The notes beneath the pieces are model-generated. The model was given only the letters and a program-made list of their open reading frames with translations. It made no database searches and had not been told where the DNA came from. Of a stretch of 64,000 bases of DNA, positions 9,370-17,817 are shown piece by piece (position 1 is the stretch's first letter; each line of letters opens with the position of its first letter). The translations under genes were made by a program, and so were the position numbers. The stretch is from Nitrosopumilus sp. (GTDB taxonomy: Archaea; Thermoproteota; Nitrososphaeria; Nitrososphaerales; Nitrosopumilaceae): contig OZ242041.1 in the NCBI GenBank assembly GCA_965205215.1, forward strand, positions 1,600,001 to 1,664,000, given 5' to 3'.

Positions 9370-9870
9370 ATGAAGAGATTCGACGAGTTTAGCACGGGCG
9401 ACAGGCTGCAGTCCGAGTTTACCATCTCCGAGAAAGAGCTTGACATGTACATGGAGTTTGCACGCGTAAAGAACGCGTTTTTGGAGGAGGGCCGGGGAGC
9501 CGGCGGGCGCCTCATACCCGGCAGGGCGCTCCTCTCCAGAATCGAGGGCGAGTTCTCAAGGCTCGAGGAGGTATACGGCAACCACATCATACTGGCCGGC
9601 TACGACGGTGATCCGGACTGGGACGGCCGCGGCACGAGGTTCCTCGCACCGGTTTACACGGGGGACACGCTGAGGGCGACCTATGTCATATCTGGCGTGG
9701 AGGACGTAAGCGACGAGTACGGCAGGATCTCAGTGGACTACGAGGCGGCGGGCGAGGGGGGAAGACTCGTGCTGCTCTCAAGGCGCAACATCTACAGGGT
9801 GAGGAAGAGCCCGCCGCCGGCAGCGGGTCACGGCACGACCGGCTCGGGGGTCTCGAGCGTCGAGTCATAG
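9370..9870 (+). CDS. MaoC-like hotdog-fold dehydratase
   Basis: F..F..GD start, RFLAPVYTGDTL motif. Confidence 0.75.
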   Translation: MKRFDEFSTGDRLQSEFTISEKELDMYMEFARVKNAFLEEGRGAGGRLIPGRALLSRIEGEFSRLEEVYGNHIILAGYDGDPDWDGRGTRFLAPVYTGDTLRATYVISGVEDVSDEYGRISVDYEAAGEGGRLVLLSRRNIYRVRKSPPPAAGHGTTGSGVSSVES

Positions 9871-10634
9871 AACATCTTTGCAGACGCCGCAAGAATCACG
9901 CCGAATGTCAGCAGGCGGAGGTTGTGCTCCTTTGCCTCTATCGACAGCCGCGCCCCGGTTATTCCCCCGGCAAAGGCGCCAATCGCCATAAACGAGGCCT
10001 GCAGGAGATCGGGATTGCCCAGGAACCCGTGCACCGTAATGCCGGAGAGTGACGCGAACAGCAGTATCATCTGCGACGTCGGGGCGGCCCTCTTTATCGA
10101 CATTCCAAGGCCCGCGACCATCAGAGGGACGAATATTATGCCCCCGCCTATGCCAAAAAAGGACGAGGTCATGCCAGCAAAAAAGCTCACCCCGGCCAGG
10201 AACACGATCATCAGCCCCGGAAACGAGTACAGCGGGTTCTTGCCGCCGGGCGTACTCTCCCCCGAGTTTTTCGTAAGCCTCGGCTTTAGCAGTAGGTACG
10301 CGGCCGATACGACGAGCACCAGCCCGAACAGGAACTGAAAGTTGTGGTGCGCCACGTCTGACGTCACCCATGCCCCCACCACCGTGCCCGGAAGCGACAG
10401 CAGCCCGAGCTTGAGTCCCAGAGTGTACTCGATGCGCTTCTGCCTGGAGTATGAGATGGTCGAGGCGACCGCGTTGCTGAACGTGGCAAGCAGGCTGTTG
10501 CTGGCCGCCAGCGTGTGCGGGAATCCGAGGAACACCATCACCGGTACCGTAATTATCCCGCCGCCCAGCCCGGTCATAGAGCCAAGCAGTCCCGATGCAA
10601 ACCCGAGCGGGATGAGCCAGAGGTGCTCGATCAT
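9828..10634 (-). CDS. TauE/SafE (DUF81) sulfite exporter family membrane protein
   Basis: Duplicated GLGGGII.VP / GIGGGIIFVP, about 8 TM helices. Confidence 0.92.
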   Translation of the reverse strand: MIEHLWLIPLGFASGLLGSMTGLGGGIITVPVMVFLGFPHTLAASNSLLATFSNAVASTISYSRQKRIEYTLGLKLGLLSLPGTVVGAWVTSDVAHHNFQFLFGLVLVVSAAYLLLKPRLTKNSGESTPGGKNPLYSFPGLMIVFLAGVSFFAGMTSSFFGIGGGIIFVPLMVAGLGMSIKRAAPTSQMILLFASLSGITVHGFLGNPDLLQASFMAIGAFAGGITGARLSIEAKEHNLRLLTFGVILAASAKMFYDSTLETPEPVVP

Positions 10635-11051
10635 GCCGTGCCAAGACGGCCAACTGTTATTAGTTTTGTCTGGTGCGGTTACGCGGCTGCGTCCCCTTTT
10701 GCACTCCCACTCACCGCCCACTCTAATCGTCCCGGCCCAAGGCCGAGTGTTCGCGCATGCGCGCTATAGCCGCGCGCGGACGCGGCATCAGGGCCGTCCA
10801 GATTGACAGACGGGCGCTCCCGCCGGGTTCCTCACAACGCTGCCCGAAGGGCCGCAACGCATTTTTCAGTAACGGGACCCTGCGCGTCCAGAAGCCAGAT
10901 GCCGCGCCCGGTTTGCGCGCAGTGCAGCATCATCGGGAGCTGGCCTCCAGAGTCACGCCGGCCGCCACCAAGCTGCCAGAGGCCGGGTCAGTTGGCGCGA
11001 AACCAAAAAAGGATCCATAACGTATAATTGAATGGCGTCCGTAGCACGCCC

Positions 11052-11402
11052 ATGGCGGAACTCAGGCTGTTTGGCTCCGGCGGCAGCATAGTCGCGGACC
11101 TGACTGAGGAGCAGGCAAAGGCGGCGGACCTGGGCGTCGGCAAGCTGTTTCTAGCGCCAATCGGAAAGATAGAGCGGTCCAAGATGTCAGGGCATGCGTG
11201 CAACGACTGCAAGAAAGAGTTTGACGGGCCGCCCAAGATAAGCCCTGAGAGCGGCAGCGAGGGGCCCGAGCAGGTCTCCGAGAACCTCCTGCTCGTCGAG
11301 CGGGGGCAGTACCAGTGCGGGGGATGCGGCTCAGTAATCGGCGAATACAGGGTGTTTGAAAAGAAGGACGATGACGCCGGGCTTGCAGTGCCGTCGGCCT
11401 GA
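11052..11402 (+). CDS. Hypothetical zinc-ribbon protein
   Basis: CNDC...CGGC cysteine pairs; TATA-like TATAATT upstream. Confidence 0.75.
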   Translation: MAELRLFGSGGSIVADLTEEQAKAADLGVGKLFLAPIGKIERSKMSGHACNDCKKEFDGPPKISPESGSEGPEQVSENLLLVERGQYQCGGCGSVIGEYRVFEKKDDDAGLAVPSA

Positions 11403-11443
11403 CGTACAGGCAGAGGGACGATGAGGAGGGGGGAGACGGCAGG

Positions 11444-11959
11444 ATGCCAAAGACCTCGGAGCAGATGAAGCAGCTGGTGGAGGAATACATCAAGATAACA
11501 AAGGTAAAGTACGAGGATCAGACCCAGGTCGTCAGGTCCAAAACCCAGACCATCGATTGGCAGTTCTATGTGGGCGACAACATCATAGTAAGCAAGAATA
11601 CAAACAGGGAAGACCGCATACACATCAACGTGAATATGAGGTTCACGCCACAGGACACAAAGCTGCTGGTGCCAAGCAATCCCGCGTTTGCAAAGGCGGC
11701 AATCGAGATAAGCGGCATATGCACCGCCTGCGGCGTGGGACACCAGTGGGTTAACGCCGGGGGCGAGGTGGTGGGACTTGCGATATTCTCGCACGTCGAC
11801 GAGCAGGTTCTTGACAGGGTGACGTTCCACAACGCGTGGGACAACGTGGCCAGGGTGTCAGGACACATGCAGAAGATACTTCGCGCCAACCTAGGCAACC
11901 TCGCAAAGGGGACGGCGGCTCCAAGCGGCGGACCCACAGAGTCGTCGATATACGGGTGA
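11444..11959 (+). CDS. Hypothetical protein
   Basis: 171-aa ORF with host-like codon bias. Confidence 0.75.
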   Translation: MPKTSEQMKQLVEEYIKITKVKYEDQTQVVRSKTQTIDWQFYVGDNIIVSKNTNREDRIHINVNMRFTPQDTKLLVPSNPAFAKAAIEISGICTACGVGHQWVNAGGEVVGLAIFSHVDEQVLDRVTFHNAWDNVARVSGHMQKILRANLGNLAKGTAAPSGGPTESSIYG

Positions 11960-12001
11960 GCAGAGGCGCGTCGCAACAGGGGGCGCGTGGCGGCGCGCAT
12001 G

Positions 12002-14083
12002 CTACATCACGTCTGGCGCCGAGATCCCCACAAGGCCCAGGGCCCTCGTGACGGCGAGCCGGAACGAGCGGACCAGGTACAGGCGCGCGTCCTCCAAGCC
12101 AGGATCGCCTAGCCCCAGCACCCGGCTGCGCTCGTAAAACGCGTTGAACGACACGGCCAAGTCATGGCAGTACCTTGCAACGACCTTGGGCGAGAGGTTT
12201 CTTGCCGCGTCCTCTACTGCCATCTCAAAGGAGCCAATCGCCCTGATCAGTGCAATCTCGGCATCCTCCCCCCCAAGCAGCCCAAAGTCAATTTTGTCGG
12301 GAGGCTCCCGCCCCGCCTTCTCAAGGATCCTCGATGCCCTTGCTCCCGCGTACTGTATGTAGGATGCCGTGTCCCCCTCCAGGCTCAGTGATCGCTCCAT
12401 GTCAAACGTGATTATCTTGTCCAGATCCTGCTTTATCATCTCATACCTTATTGTTCCAACGGAGATGTCGCGGGATATGCGCGCGACGTCCGAGTCGTCC
12501 ATGTCAGGGTGGCGCTTGAGCGTCTCGGCTGCCGCCTTTTTGCGCAGCTCCTCGTACACGGAATCCGCGTCCACATAGAGCCCGCGTCGGCCGGACATGT
12601 GGGCCTGCCGCTTGTCCGTCTCCATCCCGAGTGTCCTTGCCGTGTCAGAGCTCAGCGTGACTGACTCGTAGGCCAGGTGCACGTACGCGGACCCGCTTGA
12701 CTTGAAGCGCCCCATCAGATCCGAGACAATTCTCTGCAGCCCCGACTGCCGCGAGTCGATTACCGTAATTACGCGCTCCCCGGCAAAGTTCATCGCGTTA
12801 TCCGATCGGCCAAGGGCAGTCTGCCACAGGGTGGTGCCCCCGGGCTGCTCGACGTCGTACCTTACGTATCCGAACGGATCGTCGACCAGCCCCAGCTTCC
12901 ACGCCGCGTACGGAATGTCCTTTGCTATGTACGTGGCAGTCCCGTTGCTTCTCACGATGACCTTGTCACGGTTCTCCTCAGGCGGGCCCTCCTTTTTGGC
13001 GGCGCGCGCGCTGCTGCTGTCGCCGCTGTCGCCGTCGCCGCCACTGTCGCTGCTGCCATCACTGGTACCGACGCCCTCGCCCCGGCCAGCCCCGGCCCCG
13101 TGCGCGTCCCGTATCACCCAGCACCCGTCGTTCTTGCCCCCGCTACGGTCAAGGTCCACAAGGTTCATGGCCTTGAGCTTGTCAAACACCGCACCCCACA
13201 TGCCAGACCGTATTATGTGCGACTCAAAATTGAGGCAGTCGTAGTATACGGAGAGGCGCCAGCACGTCTGCAGCTGGTCGGCAAGCACGCGGCGCGTTAT
13301 CACGCCTGCAAGCTTGGCGGCCTCAGTCGAGCCGTCCTCAATCTCCTTCAGGGTGTCGTGCCTCAGCCCCTCAAGGGACGGATCCGAATCGTATCTCTGC
13401 GTGGTTTTCACGTAGACCTCGTCGCCGCAGTACTGTGCAAACGTCTTTCCCGGCGGCGGATCCATTGGGAACCCGAGGTGCCTGAACCCCACGACCACGT
13501 CGGCCACCTGCAGCCCCGAGTCGTCCACATAGTTGAGCACCTTGACCGCGTGCCCCGACTTTCTGAGTATCCGGGACACGGTGTCCCCGATTATGATGTT
13601 GCGGACGTGTCCTATGTGCAGGGCCTTGTTGGGGTTCACGCTGGTATGCTCTACCGTAACGGGTGTGCCGCCCCCAATCTCCGAGTCCCCGAACGTGTCT
13701 AGCCCGGCGCCAGACAGGATGATCTCAGAGAGCTGCGCCCAGTCGGCCTCAAAGTTGACGTGCCCGGACGGGTGCGGTACAGAGCGCACCACAAGCCCCC
13801 CGGGCGGGTTGCGCTCGTTGTACTTGGCAGATATGGCGCGCGCGATATCGGGGGGGCTCATCTTGAGCCGTCCGGCAAGCAGAAAGGCGGCGTTTGAGCT
13901 TGCGTCGCCAAATCCGGGCCTTGAAAGCGAGACGTCAAAGGGCAGGGTGCGGGCATGATGGCCGCCGTCACTGGCCCCGTCAAGTTCGGCGCATGCGTCC
14001 TGTATAACGTCGTGCAGTAGGCGCTGCCGTATCTCCTCAAGCAGTGCTTTCATAGACGCGGGTGTCATGATAGTGCCAATCAC
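12002..14083 (-). CDS. argS: Arginine--tRNA ligase
   Basis: EHTSVNPNKALHIGH, MSGRRG, GDTASYIQY, DALR domain; exact start uncertain. Confidence 0.97.
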   Translation of the reverse strand: MIGTIMTPASMKALLEEIRQRLLHDVIQDACAELDGASDGGHHARTLPFDVSLSRPGFGDASSNAAFLLAGRLKMSPPDIARAISAKYNERNPPGGLVVRSVPHPSGHVNFEADWAQLSEIILSGAGLDTFGDSEIGGGTPVTVEHTSVNPNKALHIGHVRNIIIGDTVSRILRKSGHAVKVLNYVDDSGLQVADVVVGFRHLGFPMDPPPGKTFAQYCGDEVYVKTTQRYDSDPSLEGLRHDTLKEIEDGSTEAAKLAGVITRRVLADQLQTCWRLSVYYDCLNFESHIIRSGMWGAVFDKLKAMNLVDLDRSGGKNDGCWVIRDAHGAGAGRGEGVGTSDGSSDSGGDGDSGDSSSARAAKKEGPPEENRDKVIVRSNGTATYIAKDIPYAAWKLGLVDDPFGYVRYDVEQPGGTTLWQTALGRSDNAMNFAGERVITVIDSRQSGLQRIVSDLMGRFKSSGSAYVHLAYESVTLSSDTARTLGMETDKRQAHMSGRRGLYVDADSVYEELRKKAAAETLKRHPDMDDSDVARISRDISVGTIRYEMIKQDLDKIITFDMERSLSLEGDTASYIQYAGARASRILEKAGREPPDKIDFGLLGGEDAEIALIRAIGSFEMAVEDAARNLSPKVVARYCHDLAVSFNAFYERSRVLGLGDPGLEDARLYLVRSFRLAVTRALGLVGISAPDVM

Positions 14084-14811
14084 CGCCGCCTTCCCGTCAC
14101 CGAGAGTATCTCGGGGGCCAATTTATCCAGGGCCTCTAGCACCCCGTCGCCGGCGCCCGACATCGTGGTCATTGTGGCCTTATCTTTTACGCTGTCAGAC
14201 GCGTTTGCAAGCGCTATGCTCGTGCCGGCCTCCCCGAACAGCGGGACGTCGGTGGCGCTGTCCCCTATGGCAATTACGTCGTCCCTTGACACGGACAGCA
14301 TCTCCGCCACGCGCCTGAACCCAGTCCCCTTGTCGACCCCCGGCGAGTTGATGTGGTACGCGTACTGGCTGTCAGAAAGCTTCGCGCTCATGCCGCGACG
14401 CTCAAGCACTCTTGCCGCCCTGTCCACCTCAAACGTGCGCTCCAGCACCACCTCCGTCATGCGTGGGAATACCGGCTTTCGGTGCGCGCTCGGAATCTCT
14501 TGCCGGATGGCATCAAAGGCCGCCTCGCACTCGGCCCTGTCGCCTATCAGTATGTGGCTGTCGGGCCCGTCCGTTATGCAGCCGCCGTTCTCCCCCACGG
14601 CAATGTTGGTGGTGCCCCCAAAGACCGACAGTACGAACCCCTCCACCGACGAGCGGCCGGTCACGAATATCACGGTGTGCCCGCACTCCTCCAGGCGCCT
14701 CAGGGCCGACATGGCGCCCAGGTGTATGCGCCCGCCTCCATTCTCGGTTATGGTGCCGTCAATGTCCACCGCAAACACCTTACGGCCCCGTGCGGCCTCC
14801 TTTTTGCCCAT
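14080..14811 (-). CDS. Phosphoglycolate phosphatase (HAD, SPP-like)
   Basis: DIDGT, TGR, DKG, GDSATD motifs. Confidence 0.9.
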   Translation of the reverse strand: MGKKEAARGRKVFAVDIDGTITENGGGRIHLGAMSALRRLEECGHTVIFVTGRSSVEGFVLSVFGGTTNIAVGENGGCITDGPDSHILIGDRAECEAAFDAIRQEIPSAHRKPVFPRMTEVVLERTFEVDRAARVLERRGMSAKLSDSQYAYHINSPGVDKGTGFRRVAEMLSVSRDDVIAIGDSATDVPLFGEAGTSIALANASDSVKDKATMTTMSGAGDGVLEALDKLAPEILSVTGRRR

Positions 14812-15059
14812 TTAACCAGGCCGTCGCGGCGCGCAAATAAGATGTTTGCCCGCGGCAGGACGGCAGGAAGCAAAAACCGCGCCACCGGAAAACTTCAGGA
14901 GCGTCCGCGTCGACGCCAGCGGCTACAGGAGGGCGGCACGCACGCGCTGCCGCGTCACGGGATCAGAGACGCGTCAAGAAGGCCGAGAGGCCGCGGGGCG
15001 TCCGCCAGCCCTCCAGCGAATCCAATAGTTTTATTTTAACAGGGTGGGACGGCGCCCTC

Positions 15060-16181
15060 ATGGGCATTCCCGAAAAGATAAAGGCCATACAGGATGAGAT
15101 GGCAAGGACGCAGATCAACAAGGCCACGGAGCACCACATAGGCCTGTTAAAGGCCAAGATTGCAAAGCTAAAGCGAGAGCAGGAAGAGAACACGATAAAA
15201 AAGTCGGGCGCAAAGTCGGACGGCTTTGACGTCAGGCGTACGGGAGACGCGACCGTGGTGTTCATAGGACTTCCAAGCGTCGGGAAATCCACGCTGCTAA
15301 ACAAGCTGACGGATGCAAAGTCAACCGTCGGCGCGTTCCAGTTTACCACGCTGACGGTTGTGCCGGGCATGATGGAGTACAGGGGCGCAAGGATCCAAGT
15401 GCTCGATCTTCCCGGAATCATAAAGGGGGCATCGTCCGGCAAGGGCCTTGGGAAGAGAATACTCTCAGTCGCAAGGACCGCGGACCTCGTGCTGCTCATC
15501 CTTGACGTCTTCCAGCCGCACCACGAGGACGTCCTGATAAACGAGCTTGGAAACATAGGCATACGGCTCAACCAGCTCCCACCAAACATAACAATAGAGA
15601 AAGCGTCGATGGGCGGCATCGCGGTTGCGCAGCAGGTCAAGCTCACCAAGATCACCGAGGGGCACCTCAAGGACATACTGCACCTGTACGGGGTGGTTAG
15701 CGCTAGGGTTGTTACACGCGAGGACGTGACGTCCGAGCAGCTAGCGGACCACATGGCAGGCAACGTGTCGTACTCCAAGGCAATTACGGTGCTCAACAAG
15801 ATTGACCTGGTGGACTCGGAGTTCCTGCAGGACCTGCGCCAGAGGAGGGCAAGCGAGTCGAGGACGCCGGCCGTCGAGGTTTCTGCAAACGCCGAGGTCA
15901 ACATAGACGCCCTCAAGCAGCAGATATACGAGAAACTGAGGTTCATCAGAATATACATGCGCCCGAAGGGCGGGCCCACGGACTACGACGAACCGCTTAT
16001 CGCGAGGGAGGGGGACAGCGTCGAGGACGTCTGCAACAAGATCCACCGCAGGATGCGCAGGGAATTCAGGTACGGGATGATCTGGGGAAAGAGTGTCAAG
16101 TTCGGGGGCCAGAGGGTCGGACTCGGGCACATACTGCAGGACGAAGACGTACTGACGATAATAAAGGCAAGGGGCGCATAG
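15060..16181 (+). CDS. DRG/OBG-family GTPase with TGS domain
   Basis: GLPSVGKS, FTTL, DLPG, NKID, HILQDED. Confidence 0.95.
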   Translation: MGIPEKIKAIQDEMARTQINKATEHHIGLLKAKIAKLKREQEENTIKKSGAKSDGFDVRRTGDATVVFIGLPSVGKSTLLNKLTDAKSTVGAFQFTTLTVVPGMMEYRGARIQVLDLPGIIKGASSGKGLGKRILSVARTADLVLLILDVFQPHHEDVLINELGNIGIRLNQLPPNITIEKASMGGIAVAQQVKLTKITEGHLKDILHLYGVVSARVVTREDVTSEQLADHMAGNVSYSKAITVLNKIDLVDSEFLQDLRQRRASESRTPAVEVSANAEVNIDALKQQIYEKLRFIRIYMRPKGGPTDYDEPLIAREGDSVEDVCNKIHRRMRREFRYGMIWGKSVKFGGQRVGLGHILQDEDVLTIIKARGA

Positions 16182-16709
16182 CAAATTGTGTGCGCGCCGC
16201 CGCACCGCCGCGCGCGCAAGCAGAACCACACAACGCCGGCCGGCCCTGAAATACAGGCGAATCATGCGCCGCGCGCACATGAAAGGGATGAGTCGGATCC
16301 GCGGGTGAAAATCCACCGCGGTTGCAAAAAACCCAAAAACGTCCCAAAACAGCAGTTTTTGCAACAAAATAATTTCATAGAAAGGATCGCACATAACCGC
16401 GCATACAGTATGCCATGCAATGTCATTGCACAATGGCGCGCTGCAAGTCACGCACAGGCTAAGATCGCAAAAATGCGAAGGCGCAAAAAAGCGCGGTGGC
16501 AGAATGGCACAGAGTCATGCGGGCGGGCGCACCTCCAAAAATACGCCCGCTTATTCGTAGAATTGGCACAAATATGGCCAGGGGCGGATATTACAGGGGA
16601 CGCGTGACACGGTACAGGCCCGGTCCGCACCGCGCGTGCAAGAAACACGATCGTATTTGGATAAAGCCGTTGTATTTTGGAAAATACCCATCCGCGTGCA
16701 TGGGTTTTG

Positions 16710-16761
16710 CGATCGTAAAAAACGTAGTTTCTACAAAAAACAGCTCTATTTTTTACGATCG
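16710..16761. promoter_or_regulatory. 13-bp perfect inverted repeat upstream of an AT-rich promoter
   Basis: CGATCGTAAAAAA (16710-16722) / TTTTTTACGATCG (16749-16761), 26-bp spacer. Confidence 0.6.
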
Positions 16762-16819
16762 ATTTGTATAATTTTTTTAATATTAACCATTGAAAAATAG
16801 CCATAATTTCGATAAAAGC

Positions 16820-17452
16820 ATGGCAAGACCAAAAGCTACAAAGCGCAAGCCGGGCAGACCAGCCAAGAAGGCGACCGTTGCAAAGCGCAAGCCGGGCAGA
16901 CCAGCCAAGAAGGCTACTGCTGCAAAGAAGGCGACCGTTGCAAAGCGCAAGCCGGGCAGACCAGCCAAGAAGGCTACTGCTGCAAAGAAGGCGACCGTTG
17001 CAAAGCGCAAGCCGGGCAGACCAGCCAAGAAGGCTACTGCTGCAAAGAAGGCGACCGTTGCAAAGCGCAAGCCGGGCAGACCAGCCAAGAAGGCTACTGC
17101 TGCAAAGAAGGCGACCGTTGCAAAGCGCAAGCCGGGCAGACCAGCCAAGAAGGCTACTGCTGCAAAGAAGGCGACCGTTGCAAAGCGCAAGCCGGGCAGA
17201 CCAGCCAAGAAGGCTACTGCTGCAAAGAAGGCGACCGTTGCAAAGCGCAAGCCGGGCAGACCAGCCAAGAAGGCTACTGCTGCAAAGAAGGCGACCGTTG
17301 CAAAGCGCAAGCCGGGCAGACCAGCCAAGAAGGCTACTGCTGCAAAGAAGGCGACCGTTGCAAAGCGCAAGCCGGGCAGACCAGCCAAGAAGGCGACCGT
17401 TGCAAAGCGCAAGCCGGGCAGACCACCAGCAAAGGCCAAGAGCAAGAAGTAA
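16820..17452 (+). CDS. Highly basic H1/HMGA-like repeat protein with 11 AT-hook-like KRKPGRP motifs
   Basis: ATG after strongly AT-rich promoter, downstream terminator, K/A/R/P/T-dominated composition. Confidence 0.85.
   Translation: MARPKATKRKPGRPAKKATVAKRKPGRPAKKATAAKKATVAKRKPGRPAKKATAAKKATVAKRKPGRPAKKATAAKKATVAKRKPGRPAKKATAAKKATVAKRKPGRPAKKATAAKKATVAKRKPGRPAKKATAAKKATVAKRKPGRPAKKATAAKKATVAKRKPGRPAKKATAAKKATVAKRKPGRPAKKATVAKRKPGRPPAKAKSKK
16865..17394. repeat. Perfect 60-bp tandem repeat, about 8.8 copies
   Basis: Consecutive 60-nt lines are identical; encodes KKATVAKRKPGRPAKKATAA. Confidence 0.97.
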
Positions 17453-17477
17453 TACGAAACAGTGGCAGACCCACAAC

Positions 17478-17508
17478 CGTCGCTTTGGCGACGTGTTTTT
17501 CTTATTTT
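17478..17508 (+). terminator. Hairpin plus T-tract terminator
   Basis: CGTCGC-TTTG-GCGACG followed by TGTTTTTCTTATTTT. Confidence 0.6.
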
Positions 17509-17817
17509 AGTATCAGACAATGAAGTTTGGATGTGAAGCGGTTTTTCAACTGGAAGTAGGAGCAAGTCATGGCCGTTACCTTGGTTTCAATCAGATAGCG
17601 TTATGAATTCAATCAGGGCGGCACGCACCTGTACTGCATTCATCACATCACCGCCTGTGCATGACATAGGATGCACCAGCACAATCCACATCACAGCAGA
17701 GTGGCAAGGAGGCAAACAGGGTAAGAAAGGGCATGTCCAGACGACGCGCGGCAAAACAGCGGCACGGCCGGTCCCACCGGTCCAGAAGGCGGACAGTGCC
17801 GCAAGTAGTATCGCGGC

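Noticed and set aside
16865-17394. CRISPR array
   Set aside because: Units are identical head-to-tail with no unique spacers, the period is a multiple of 3 within an ORF, and no cas genes are present
16448-17565. Alternative-frame and antisense repeat ORFs (hydrophobic LAGLPGLRF, WSARLALC)
   Set aside because: Stop-free by-products of the 60-bp repeat; promoter, ATG and terminator support the K/R-rich plus frame
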